A stretch of 64,000 nucleotides of DNA from positions 704,001 to 768,000 of the forward strand of contig CAWCAG010000009.1 of assembly GCA_963793425.1 (NCBI GenBank). Reading direction: 5' to 3'. The notes under the pieces were generated by a model. That model saw only the letters and a program-made list of their open reading frames with translations, had not been told where the DNA came from and ran no database searches. The DNA comes from an uncultured cyanobacterium (lineage in GTDB: Bacteria; Cyanobacteriota; Cyanobacteriia; Cyanobacteriales; CAWCAG01). Numbering within the stretch: the stretch's first letter is position 1; every line of letters begins with the position of its first letter. Shown here one piece after another: positions 7,301 to 17,200 of the stretch. Both the position numbers and the translations under genes were made by a program.

Positions 7301-9232
7301 GTCGCCACCACTTACAAAAGGAGTTTGGCTATGTTGCAAAGCTAAAATATCAATGGCTTTGTCCCCTTGAATGTAGAGATTGCCCCCTGCTTTTATTTGT
7401 AAAGGTTGGTTGGCACTATCTCTGGCATAAACAGTATCTTTGGCTTTGAGGTCTAAATCCCCTGTGGTTTGTAAGTTGCTCTCAACTAAAGTTAAGTTAC
7501 TCGCTGCTGCTAAGGTGGCACTTTCTGCGGTTAACTGATTTGCGGCCACATCCCCTACTCCCACCGTTGTATCAGAATTGCTTAACTGGGCTTCTCCTTG
7601 GGCATTAACTTCTAAGCCTGTTTCACCTACATCGCTTCCGGTTAGCAATTCTGGTAACATCAAAGGGTTAATAGGTACAGGATCTCCTTGACTATTGGTA
7701 GGTGGTTCAATTTCCAAACCTAAAATATGCCCAGCTTGGTTAATTCTTACCCGACTACTTCCTGGTACAGCACTGATAGTAACATTACCTCCCTGTGCCT
7801 GCAATGTTCCTGTACTAGCGACAGTACCGCCAATTAAGGAAAGGTTGTTACCCTCGCTTACTGCCAAATCCCCAGCATTAATAATTGCCCCCGGTTGTAA
7901 GCTGTTGAAGACAAAAGCATTGGGATTACCTACCAAAGAGTTATAATCGTTTGTGCCAACACTATTAAAAGTCCCTCCCTCGAAACCAATTCCTGTTGCC
8001 GTAGTAGCAGAAAAGGAACCAGGTACATTTAATTGGGCATTGCTACCAAAAACCATACCAGCGGGGTTCATTAAAAAGAGGTTAGCATTGCTGCCTGTGA
8101 TTTGAATTAAACCATTTATTACCGAAGCATTGCCCCCGACAACTCGACCTAAAATGTTATTAATACCAGGTTGAGAAAGGAAATTAGCAGTTTGGGATGC
8201 AGAAAGCCCAAAGTCTTGGAAGCTATGGAAAAGATTACCCCCATTCCCTGATAAGCTTCCTCCTTGAATATTAAACTGGTTGCCAGTTTGGTTAATAATA
8301 GTCCCCGTACCATCACTAGCTGAATTAATGGTTTGTGCCTGGGCATTGAAAGTGGTTGTTAAACATAAAGTTGTGAGTAAGGTTGAGAAAAAACTAAAAC
8401 TTGCATTGGTTTTTAAAAACTTGATGGGTAAAGTGTAAAACTGTTTAACCGCATTTTTAATCGGACGTAAACCCAGCCAAGCTTCCATCTGGCAACCAAA
8501 GCCTTTAGTTTTAATAACTGCCTCGTAGCGATCCCTAAGCCCTCTTCGCTTCAATGCCCTTAAAGTTGCCCCATAAGTTGCATAAATTTGTTCGGCTCTT
8601 TTTTGGTAAGAAAAACTCTCTGGGTTGCTGCGATAATAATAAAGAGGTTTGGCTAAATGTTTAATTTCTGTTGCTTCAGAAAGTCTCAAACAAAGGTCAT
8701 AATCTTCTGTATATAAAGATTGGCTATCAATACCTCCCACTTCCTCAAAAACCGCGCGGCGTATCAGCCGAAAATGGAAAGTCATAAAGTTGGTTAATAA
8801 TTGATGAGGAGAATAAGCAACCTGAGTTCGCTGACCATAGCCAAGTACTTTACCATTATTATGGAGATCCCAATAATCGGTATAAACCATACCTGCATTA
8901 GAGTTAGCTGCCAACACAACTAAAGTCTCTTCCAAAGCCGTCGGTGCAAGAAGATCGTCACTATCTATCCAAGCTAAATATTGCCCCTGAGTTGCGGCGA
9001 TTCCAGCTTGCAAAGCCGGTACTCTACCTTGATGTTTTGCGGCGATAATACGAACTCGTGGATCTTCTTGAGCATATTTGTGAGCAATAGCTAGGGAATT
9101 ATCCGTAGAACCATCATCCCAAATTAATAGCTCGAAATCTGGCCAGGTTTGCCTTAAAATACTCTCTATGGCAGATCCGAGCAACTTTTCTCGATTATAA
9201 GAAGTAATAACAATTGAAATAGGAACTACCAT
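4352..9232 (-). CDS. GT2 glycosyltransferase - filamentous haemagglutinin (TPS) - CHAT fusion, broken by two compensating frameshifts (about 6590 and about 6122)
   Basis: N-terminal GT2 (DDGSTD, WIDSDD, EDYDL); TPS motifs NLFHSF and NPAG; Gly/Asn/Thr repeats; C-terminal CHAT (HLATH, LSAC, PYYWSAF). The 6122-6590 segment is open in another frame. Confidence 0.75.
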
Positions 9233-9424
9233 AGCTTTTTCCTTGAAGCGCGCCTGCTTTATTCCAGCTTAACTTAGTAACGAGTGTTACTAAACATTGA
9301 CTGATTTTATGAGTACTTAAGTTCCTACAGAATTGAAAAGTCTAACCATAAGTCTAATGAATCATTTTTAACAAACTAAATTATCTGCCAATTTAACTTA
9401 CCTAATCCAACAAATGAAATAACC

Positions 9425-10216
9425 ATGCGAACTAATCTTGCCCATTACCTATTACCCATTACCTATTACCTGTTACCTATTATCCTAGCCACTCCCTCAG
9501 TCGCTCAATCTCCCCTGTCTGCCTGCATTCTTCCTGAAAATAATGAATATTTATTGTTAATAGTTACAGAAACAGAAGAGGAAAGAGCAAAAGTTATTCA
9601 AGCTATTCCTAATGACATTGAAGTCTCTTTTTGCAACTATTTGGGTCAAAATGTAACACACATCGGTAGCTTTAGTAGTCGAGAAGATACAGATGAATGG
9701 GGGCAATATTTCCAGCAAAATTTAGGCTTAATGGCAATAATTATAGAAAGTACTCCAACCCCACCTTCAGAAGTAGTTTCTCAACCTCCTCAAACTATCA
9801 GACAAGAGCCAGAACAATCTCCCTCTCAAACTTTACCAAGCCTATCTCCTTCCTCAGAAGCCATCCCTGAATCTTCTCCCGTAATCAATCAAGAACCACC
9901 TCAAGCAAAAGAACCTGTTATTCAAACCATCTCCCAAACTAATAATAACCTCAGCTACAATCCCCAACCTTTAGGTACAGGTTACGCCATTTTAATTGAT
10001 TACGTAAACCAACCAGAAATTGCTGACCAATTACAACAGTTATTAAACAAAGAAATTGGTTTGGCTTCTTATCTAGCTCGTCCTTATTTAATGGCAATTC
10101 ATACTACTAGTGAAAGAGAAGCTAATGCTATGTTGAAAAATTTGAGTGATCGCGGTTTTTGGACAATCATGGTTGATAGTAGTAAAGTAACTCTATTAAC
10201 TCCTATAGTTAAGTAA
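9425..10216 (+). CDS. Conserved cyanobacterial exported hypothetical protein with Pro-rich linker
   Basis: Signal-like N-terminus, two related halves, 263-aa ORF. Confidence 0.7.
   Translation: MRTNLAHYLLPITYYLLPIILATPSVAQSPLSACILPENNEYLLLIVTETEEERAKVIQAIPNDIEVSFCNYLGQNVTHIGSFSSREDTDEWGQYFQQNLGLMAIIIESTPTPPSEVVSQPPQTIRQEPEQSPSQTLPSLSPSSEAIPESSPVINQEPPQAKEPVIQTISQTNNNLSYNPQPLGTGYAILIDYVNQPEIADQLQQLLNKEIGLASYLARPYLMAIHTTSEREANAMLKNLSDRGFWTIMVDSSKVTLLTPIVK
9441..9482 (+). repeat. Heptamer tandem repeat (CCTATTA-like) x6 inside the N-terminus of a CDS
   Basis: CCCATTA CCTATTA CCCATTA CCTATTA CCTGTTA CCTATTA. Confidence 0.85.
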
Positions 10217-10243
10217 GTCACCCAGCTAAAATTACGTGTTAGA

Positions 10244-10324
10244 GCGGGTTTATTAGTTTGAGGTTAATCTCACAATTTGACTCAAAACCCGCCCCCATCT
10301 CCCCATCTCCCCATCTCCCCATCT
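10244..10324. repeat. REP-like inverted repeat plus (CCCCATCT)x4 between convergent genes
   Basis: GCGGGTTT...AAACCCGC followed by an 8-mer tandem repeat. Confidence 0.6.
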
Positions 10325-10328
10325 TGCT

Positions 10329-11849
10329 TTATTCTTCCAACCAAGCCTCAATCATCTTATTAGGAATATTAACCAAAGGATGCTCAAACAGCATATCAAT
10401 AGAAGCATCTCCCCCTGCTTCTAATGCCCTTCTTAAACGACTTTTAAGTTGGGGGGAACGTTTAATCACCTTTTTAACTGTTTCCTCTGTTTGGTGTTGA
10501 GAAGGATTCTTCTCTGCTAACTTGTTAAGCAACTGTTGCACTTCTGCATACAAACGAGTTGCTTCCTCACTGGAACCTTGACCTAAGTTATGATCAGCAA
10601 TAGTAGGGACAAGCTGAGAACTTCCTCCCCCCAACCTGTTAACCACCCCAGTAACATCTATCCCTGTAGTTTGGCGCAACTGTTCCAAAAAAGAAGCGGT
10701 TTTGGTAGCAGGAGTTCCCCCTTGGGCATCAATAACCGTAACCTGTTGTACATCAACCTCTGGAACTGATGTAACCATGATATCTAAAAGGGTTTCCAGC
10801 TTTTGGAACAAAAAGATTTCCCTGGCATTTGGCCCTGCTTGTTGCCAAGATTCAGCCAAACGCTTTGTACCTTCGGCTTGTGCCTTACCGTCTTCAATAA
10901 TACTTGCTGCCTTACCTCTGGCTTGGGCAATCGCACGCTGGCAAGATGCTTCAGCAGGAGCCACTACATCGGCTTGCAGTTGCTGTTCCACCTGTTTAAT
11001 ACGTTCGTTTTGCACCAACACATCCGCTTGGGTTCTCGCTAATTCTGAGGCAATTTGAGACTCTGATTCTGCAACCACTGCCTTACGCTTTGTCAAAGCA
11101 TCCTGAACCCTTCTTTCCGCCTCTGCCCTCGCAACTTCAATTTGCGTTTCAATGCGCTTAATAGAAGTTTTGCGGTCATTATCTGCTTGTTGAATCACAG
11201 ACTCCGCATGGGCTTGGGCTTCAGCAATCCTCGCATCCCTAACTAATTCTGCACCTTGCTTGCGTCCCAAAGAATCTAAATACCCCACATCATCAGAAAT
11301 ATTTTGGATTTGCAAGTTATCTAAAAGTAACCCCAACTTTTCCAAATCATCTTCTGCTTCTTCTAACAAACTCTTAGCAAAAGCAATCTTATCTTCATTA
11401 ACTTGTTCTGGAGTTAATGAAGATAAAACCCCTCGCAAATTTCCTTCCAAAGTTTCCCTAGCAATAGTTTCAATTTGCTTACGAGTTTTACCTAAAAGCC
11501 GTTCAATAGCATTATGAATAGTCGGTTCTTCCCCAGCAATTTTAATATTAGCAACACCATTAACTGTTAAAGGAATACCCCCTTTAGAATAAGCATTAGC
11601 AACCTTCAAATCAATAATCATATTCGTCAAATCCATCTTATAAGCCCTTTCAAAGATGGGTGTACGAATACTGCGGCCGCCTTTAACGGTACGATAACCG
11701 AGAATTCTCCTCTCATATTTACGACTAGAACCAGCAAAAATCAAAACTTCATTGGGTTGACAAATATACAAAAGATTCTTAATAACTAAAACGATTGCAC
11801 TAGTACCAACTCCCAAGCTAGCCAGCAACGCAATTAATGTCCCCAACAT
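10329..11849 (-). CDS. Flotillin/SPFH family protein with an extra C-terminal domain
   Basis: SPFH core (ETLEGNLRG, AYSKGGIPL) and Ala/Glu-rich coiled coil. Confidence 0.9.
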   Translation of the reverse strand: MLGTLIALLASLGVGTSAIVLVIKNLLYICQPNEVLIFAGSSRKYERRILGYRTVKGGRSIRTPIFERAYKMDLTNMIIDLKVANAYSKGGIPLTVNGVANIKIAGEEPTIHNAIERLLGKTRKQIETIARETLEGNLRGVLSSLTPEQVNEDKIAFAKSLLEEAEDDLEKLGLLLDNLQIQNISDDVGYLDSLGRKQGAELVRDARIAEAQAHAESVIQQADNDRKTSIKRIETQIEVARAEAERRVQDALTKRKAVVAESESQIASELARTQADVLVQNERIKQVEQQLQADVVAPAEASCQRAIAQARGKAASIIEDGKAQAEGTKRLAESWQQAGPNAREIFLFQKLETLLDIMVTSVPEVDVQQVTVIDAQGGTPATKTASFLEQLRQTTGIDVTGVVNRLGGGSSQLVPTIADHNLGQGSSEEATRLYAEVQQLLNKLAEKNPSQHQTEETVKKVIKRSPQLKSRLRRALEAGGDASIDMLFEHPLVNIPNKMIEAWLEE

Positions 11850-11917
11850 AATAGATTTTCTCCTTAAATAAAAAACTGATCACTAATACCCAAAAACAAA
11901 AGCAAGCCGTACATTGG

Positions 11918-13255
11918 TCACTGATCCTTAAGTGTTCCCAAAACATCAATACCAAGGGTGTCATTAACCTGATCAAGAAATCTGCGAACGATTTCCGGAT
12001 AAGCATTAACCAAACTAGCAATTGATTTGCCATCTCCGTTGTCGATAACACTGACATTTTGTAAGTGAATGCGGCTGGGAATTTTAGCTGCATCCCGGAG
12101 GACAGTTTCAATTTGTTGGATAAAGAACAGTTCCGAAGCATCACTCCCTGACTCTTGCCAGACTAGAGAAAGCATTTCGTTAACCATGGCTGCAGCTTTG
12201 GCGTTCTCTGCTAACACAGATGCTTCTCCTTTTGCCTTCAACTCCTCTGCTTGTTGTTGCGCTTCTGCTGGGAGAATTTCCTCTACCTTCAAGCGCAAAC
12301 GTTCTAATTCTGCCCTAACGGTTTGTAGTTGTTGTTCTGCCCTTGCCCTTGCTTCTTTCCCCGCAGCTAAGGTACGCTCTTCTTCTGAACGAGCTTTTTG
12401 TTCCAACCCCGCTTTGATTTTACGTAGTTCGTTCTCCTTTTCTTGAATAACTGTACGGGCTTGAGTTTGAGCAACTTTTGAGGTTCGTTCAGTGTCAGAC
12501 TCTATTTGTTCTGCCTCTGCAAGGGCATCAGATTCTGCCATCTCTGCATCCCGCACAATTAAAGCAATTTGCTGCCTACCGATAGAGTTAAGATATTCTA
12601 CATCATCAGAAACACTCTGAACTTTCAGGGTGTCAATGTGCAAACCAAGTTTAGTTAAGTCGCGGGAAACATCCTCCGCAATACGTTCAGCAAATCTCAG
12701 GCGATCTTCATTCAACTCCTCCGGAGTTAAGGTAGCTACCACTCCGCGCAGGTTTCCTTCCAATGTCTCTCTCGCAACCCGGACAATTTCCCTGCGATCG
12801 CGATCTAAAAAACGTTCAATAGCATTGCCCACATACCTAGAATCACTAGAGATTTTAACATTAGCAACTGCCTGAATGTTTAAAGGTGTTCCCCCTTTAG
12901 AATAAGCATTGGTTACTTCTACTGGTACAGGCATTGTCGTTAAATCCATACGCTTCACTTGTTCAAGGAAGGGAATGCAAATAGTGTTGCCGCCGCTAAT
13001 GACTCGATAACCAACGGTTTTGCCATTATTAGTTTTGTGTTTGCGACCAGAAAGAACTAATATTTCATTGGGTTTGCGAATCTGCAAGAAGGTATTAAGA
13101 AACCAAATAAGCAGAATCGTACCAAACAACCCAAAAGCTATGGGTAACGCTGTCCCTAAGTAATTTTCTTTATCAGGAATCTCGATAGGTTGGGTAATAT
13201 CTACTTGAGCCACTAAAGATTGCTGATTCTGATTAGATGATTGAAAGTTTTCCAT
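11918..13255 (-). CDS. Flotillin/SPFH family protein
   Basis: SPFH core ETLEGNLRGVVA and coiled coil; paralog of the downstream gene. Confidence 0.9.
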   Translation of the reverse strand: MENFQSSNQNQQSLVAQVDITQPIEIPDKENYLGTALPIAFGLFGTILLIWFLNTFLQIRKPNEILVLSGRKHKTNNGKTVGYRVISGGNTICIPFLEQVKRMDLTTMPVPVEVTNAYSKGGTPLNIQAVANVKISSDSRYVGNAIERFLDRDRREIVRVARETLEGNLRGVVATLTPEELNEDRLRFAERIAEDVSRDLTKLGLHIDTLKVQSVSDDVEYLNSIGRQQIALIVRDAEMAESDALAEAEQIESDTERTSKVAQTQARTVIQEKENELRKIKAGLEQKARSEEERTLAAGKEARARAEQQLQTVRAELERLRLKVEEILPAEAQQQAEELKAKGEASVLAENAKAAAMVNEMLSLVWQESGSDASELFFIQQIETVLRDAAKIPSRIHLQNVSVIDNGDGKSIASLVNAYPEIVRRFLDQVNDTLGIDVLGTLKDQ

Positions 13256-13285
13256 AGCTGAAAAGTTAATGATTGAATAATTACT

Positions 13286-13864
13286 TCAAGACTGGTTGAG
13301 AGCGTCTTCAGAGACAACCCAAACTCTGTTTTCTTCCATGCCCACAACAAATACCCTTTCTCCTCTTACAAATTGATGGGACTCTCGGCTAAAAGCAATT
13401 AAATCCATTGCTGAGCCATTAAATTCTAGGCGTACTTTGCCCCTACTATTAACATCAAAAGGAAGTTCCACTGTTCCAGAAAGACCGACTAAATCGTCTG
13501 CACTGATGAGGCTATTAACCGTATCATTTCGCAACCGATGTAATAGCCAAGCAACAGTGGTTCCACAAATTAAACCGATGGCGGCAGAGGTTGAAACAAC
13601 TATCGGTGGGCTGAGGTTGGGTTGTAGCAGGTTGAGTAATACCCCTGTAAGTCCAAAAAAGCAGACTCCAAAAGTCCAAAACTTGAAACTTAAAAAAGGC
13701 AACCAAGTACGCCTTTTAAGAGATTCTTCTCCCTGAGATTTTTCTTTAACATCTATATCTGCATCAAAATCATTGTCAAAGTCTATGCCATCAAGCCCTC
13801 CAAAAGCAGCTAAGAAAACAAAGATTCCGCCAACGATTAGGCATAAAAGGTAGAAGAGTGACAT
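13286..13864 (-). CDS. NfeD-like membrane protein (flotillin partner)
   Basis: TM helices plus C-terminal OB-like GKVRL..GERVFVVG; lies upstream of two flotillins. Confidence 0.8.
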   Translation of the reverse strand: MSLFYLLCLIVGGIFVFLAAFGGLDGIDFDNDFDADIDVKEKSQGEESLKRRTWLPFLSFKFWTFGVCFFGLTGVLLNLLQPNLSPPIVVSTSAAIGLICGTTVAWLLHRLRNDTVNSLISADDLVGLSGTVELPFDVNSRGKVRLEFNGSAMDLIAFSRESHQFVRGERVFVVGMEENRVWVVSEDALNQS

Positions 13865-14219
13865 ATCTCAAGGTTCCATTATCTCTAGGGAGTTTCCCAG
13901 TTCTAATCTAACCGATGGTTTTTTATTACCGCTATTTTTGTAACTTTAAGTATGCTCTTCTAAAATCGATTATAGCATTTATGTGAGAAAAGATTGTTAA
14001 GGATTATTGATCGCAACAATAAAATTAGGCAAAATAACCTGTCAGCAATCTTTCTGCTGTTTTTACACTACCGACTCATTCTTGTGCATAAAATTTTGGG
14101 CTAGAAGCAGAGACGAGGATTTAAGTTTGCCTGATTAATAGATCAATGCTCCGGTTGTCTGATTTAGATGTAGAATAATTCAGTGTCTATGATTCCCTTT
14201 GCACTTCACAGACATTTAG

Positions 14220-17200
14220 ATGATTAATGTTCCTGGTTATAAAATTCTCTCTCAAATTCACGAGAGTACAAATTCTTTAGTATTCCGAGGTATTAGAGAG
14301 CAAGATCGGCAACCTATTATTCTCAAAGTACTTAAACAGAACTATCCTACACCAGAAGAAATCCGCAGATACCAACAGGAATATACTATTCTTCGCAATC
14401 TTGAGATTGAAGGAGTAGTGACAGCTTATAGTCTAGAGAAATATCGTCATACTTTAGTAATTATTCTTGAGGATTTTGGTGGGGAATCATTACAAATACT
14501 GGCCAAGGAAAAACCTCTAGCCCTAGATGATTTTCTCTTAATTGCCAGTAAAATCGTGACTATTTTAGGTCAAGTTCATGCTGCTAAAATTATCCACAAA
14601 GATATTAACCCTTCTAACATTGTTTTTAATCCTACCACAGGAAAATTAAAGCTCATTGATTTTGGCATTTCAACGGTTTTTGCCCAAGAAAATTCCCCCT
14701 CAACTAACCCCCTTATTTTAGAAGGAACTTTAGCTTATATTTCTCCAGAACAAACGGGGAGAATGAACCGTTATTTAGATTATCGCAGCGACTTTTATTC
14801 CCTTGGGGTTAGCTTCTACGAATTATTGAGTGGTAGCTTACCTTTCAAGAGTAAAGATCCTTTAGAGTTGGTACATTGTCATATTGCGAAAACAGCTTTG
14901 CCGTTGGGGAACAGTGAAAGAGAAATTCCCCAAGTAGTTGCGGATATTGTCATGAAATTAATGGCGAAAAATGCTGAGGATCGCTATCAAAGTGCTTGGG
15001 GAATCAAAACAGATTTAGAAGAATGCTTACTGCAACTACAAACTACAGAACAAATTAGCCTCTTTCCCCTTGGTACTCAAGATATTACTGATAAGTTCCA
15101 AATCCCACAAAAAATGTACGGTCGGGAAAAAGAAGTTAGACAGTTGTTAGAAGCTTTTGAGATATTTAGTCCGAGAAATGAGGAGAAGGGAAGATGGGGA
15201 GAAGAGGAGAATAAATTCAACTCAAAATTGATCTTGGTTACGGGTTCTGCGGGTATTGGTAAATCAACATTAATAGCTTCACTTTACGAACCTATTACCG
15301 CTAAACGTGGTTATTTTATCACAGGAAAATTCGACCATTATCAACAGAATCTTCCTTACTTTGGCATTATTCAAGCCTTTCGAGGATTAATTAAACATCT
15401 ACTAGCTGAAACAGAAACACAACTAAATCAATGGCGAGAAAAAATACAAACCGCTTTAGGAATTAATGGCAGAGTTATTAGCGAAGTTATTCCCGAAGTA
15501 GAACTTTTAATTGGTTCTCAACCTGATATACCCAATTTAGCCCCAGCAGAAGCTCAAAATCGCTTTAACTTAGTATTCCAGAAATTTAGCCAAGTCTTTG
15601 CCCAAAGGGAACATCCTTTAGTATTATTTTTAGACGATTTACAATGGGCAGACCAAGCTTCAATGCAGTTAATAAAACTATTGATAAATGCCACCAATCT
15701 TTTCGTAATTGGAGCCTATCGTGATTGTGAAGTTAAGGAAACTAATTTCATCAATTTAATGATTGAGGAAATCAATCAAAATGAGGTGGTTGTCAAGAAA
15801 ATTGCCCTTCAACCTTTGAAGCTAAAACAAGTTACCCAACTGATAGTTGATACTTTCAATAGTGATGCGAAAAGAGTAGCATCATTAGCCCAATTAGTCC
15901 TCATCCACACAAACGGTAATCCTTTCTTTATTAATGTCTTTTTACACTCTCTTTACCAAGAAGGATTATTTCATTTTCAATACCCTCAAGTAAATTTCAA
16001 CCACCAATGGGGCTGGCAATGGGACTTAAAACGTATTCAAGAATGGGGTTTTACCGATAATGTAGTTGAACTTATGGCAGGGAAGATTCAAAACTTTGTC
16101 ACCTCTACCCAACAAATCCTCAAATTAGCAGCCTGCCTCGGTAATCGGTTTAAGTTACAAACCCTAGCCACTGTCGCTGAAAAATCTCCAGAAGAAATAA
16201 TCCTTTCTCTGCAAGAAGCGATCGCCCAAAGGCTAATTACCGCCTTACAAAAAGAATACCCAAACTCAGAGCCAGAAGTTGAGTATAAATTCAGCCATGA
16301 TCGCTTGCAACAAGCTGTCTATTCTCTAATTCCCCCCCAAGAGAGGAAATTTACCCACTGGCAAATTGGTCAATTATGGTACTCTTCCTTGTCTGAGGAA
16401 AAAAGACAAGAACATCTTTTTGCCATTGTTAATCAGATGAATGAGGGGGTCAAATTTCTTCCAGGAGAGCAAACAAAGCAAGAACTTATTAAGCTAAACT
16501 TACAAGCAGGAAAGCGTGCCAAGGCTGCCAATGCCTATCAAACCGCCGTCAGATATTTTGATGTTGCCTTAAGTCTTCTCCCCCCAGATAGTTGGCAAAC
16601 CAACTACCAATTAACCCTTGATTTGTCTGTCGAAGCAGTAGAAGCCCAATACCTCAACACCAATTTCCCGGAGGCTGAGAAGTTAGCCCAAGAGGTTCTA
16701 AGCCAAGGAAAAACCGTTTTAGATAAAATCAAAGTCTACCAAACCCAAATCCAGTTCTATGGCGCTCAGAATCAAATGGAAGCAGCTATAAATACTGCCC
16801 TCCATGCTCTGGAAATGCTGGATATAACCTTGTTAGCATCGCCCCCTAGCCAAGAAATTGTCATTGAGGATCTCTACAAACTGCCCACCATGACTCAAGC
16901 TGATAAATTAGCAGCTTTGCGAATTTTGATGTTAGTCTTTGCCCCAGCTTTCATTGCTAAACCAGCACTACTTTCCCCCATTGCTTTTACCATGGTGGAT
17001 TTGTGTATCAAGTACGGTAACTCTCCTTTAGCTGCCTACGCCTACACCTTCTACGGCTTCTTACTTTGTGGTGTCATGGGACAAATTCCCCAGGGTTATC
17101 AATTTGGTCAGTTAGGTTTGCAACTAAGCAATAACTTTGAAGCGAGGGAAGTACAATGTAAGGTTCACAACCTCTTCAATGCCCACATTCGCCATTGGCG

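Noticed and set aside
5618..8346. Short ORFs overlapping the haemagglutinin gene (mostly + strand)
   Set aside because: Shadow frames of a Gly/Thr/Asn-rich gene on the minus strand.
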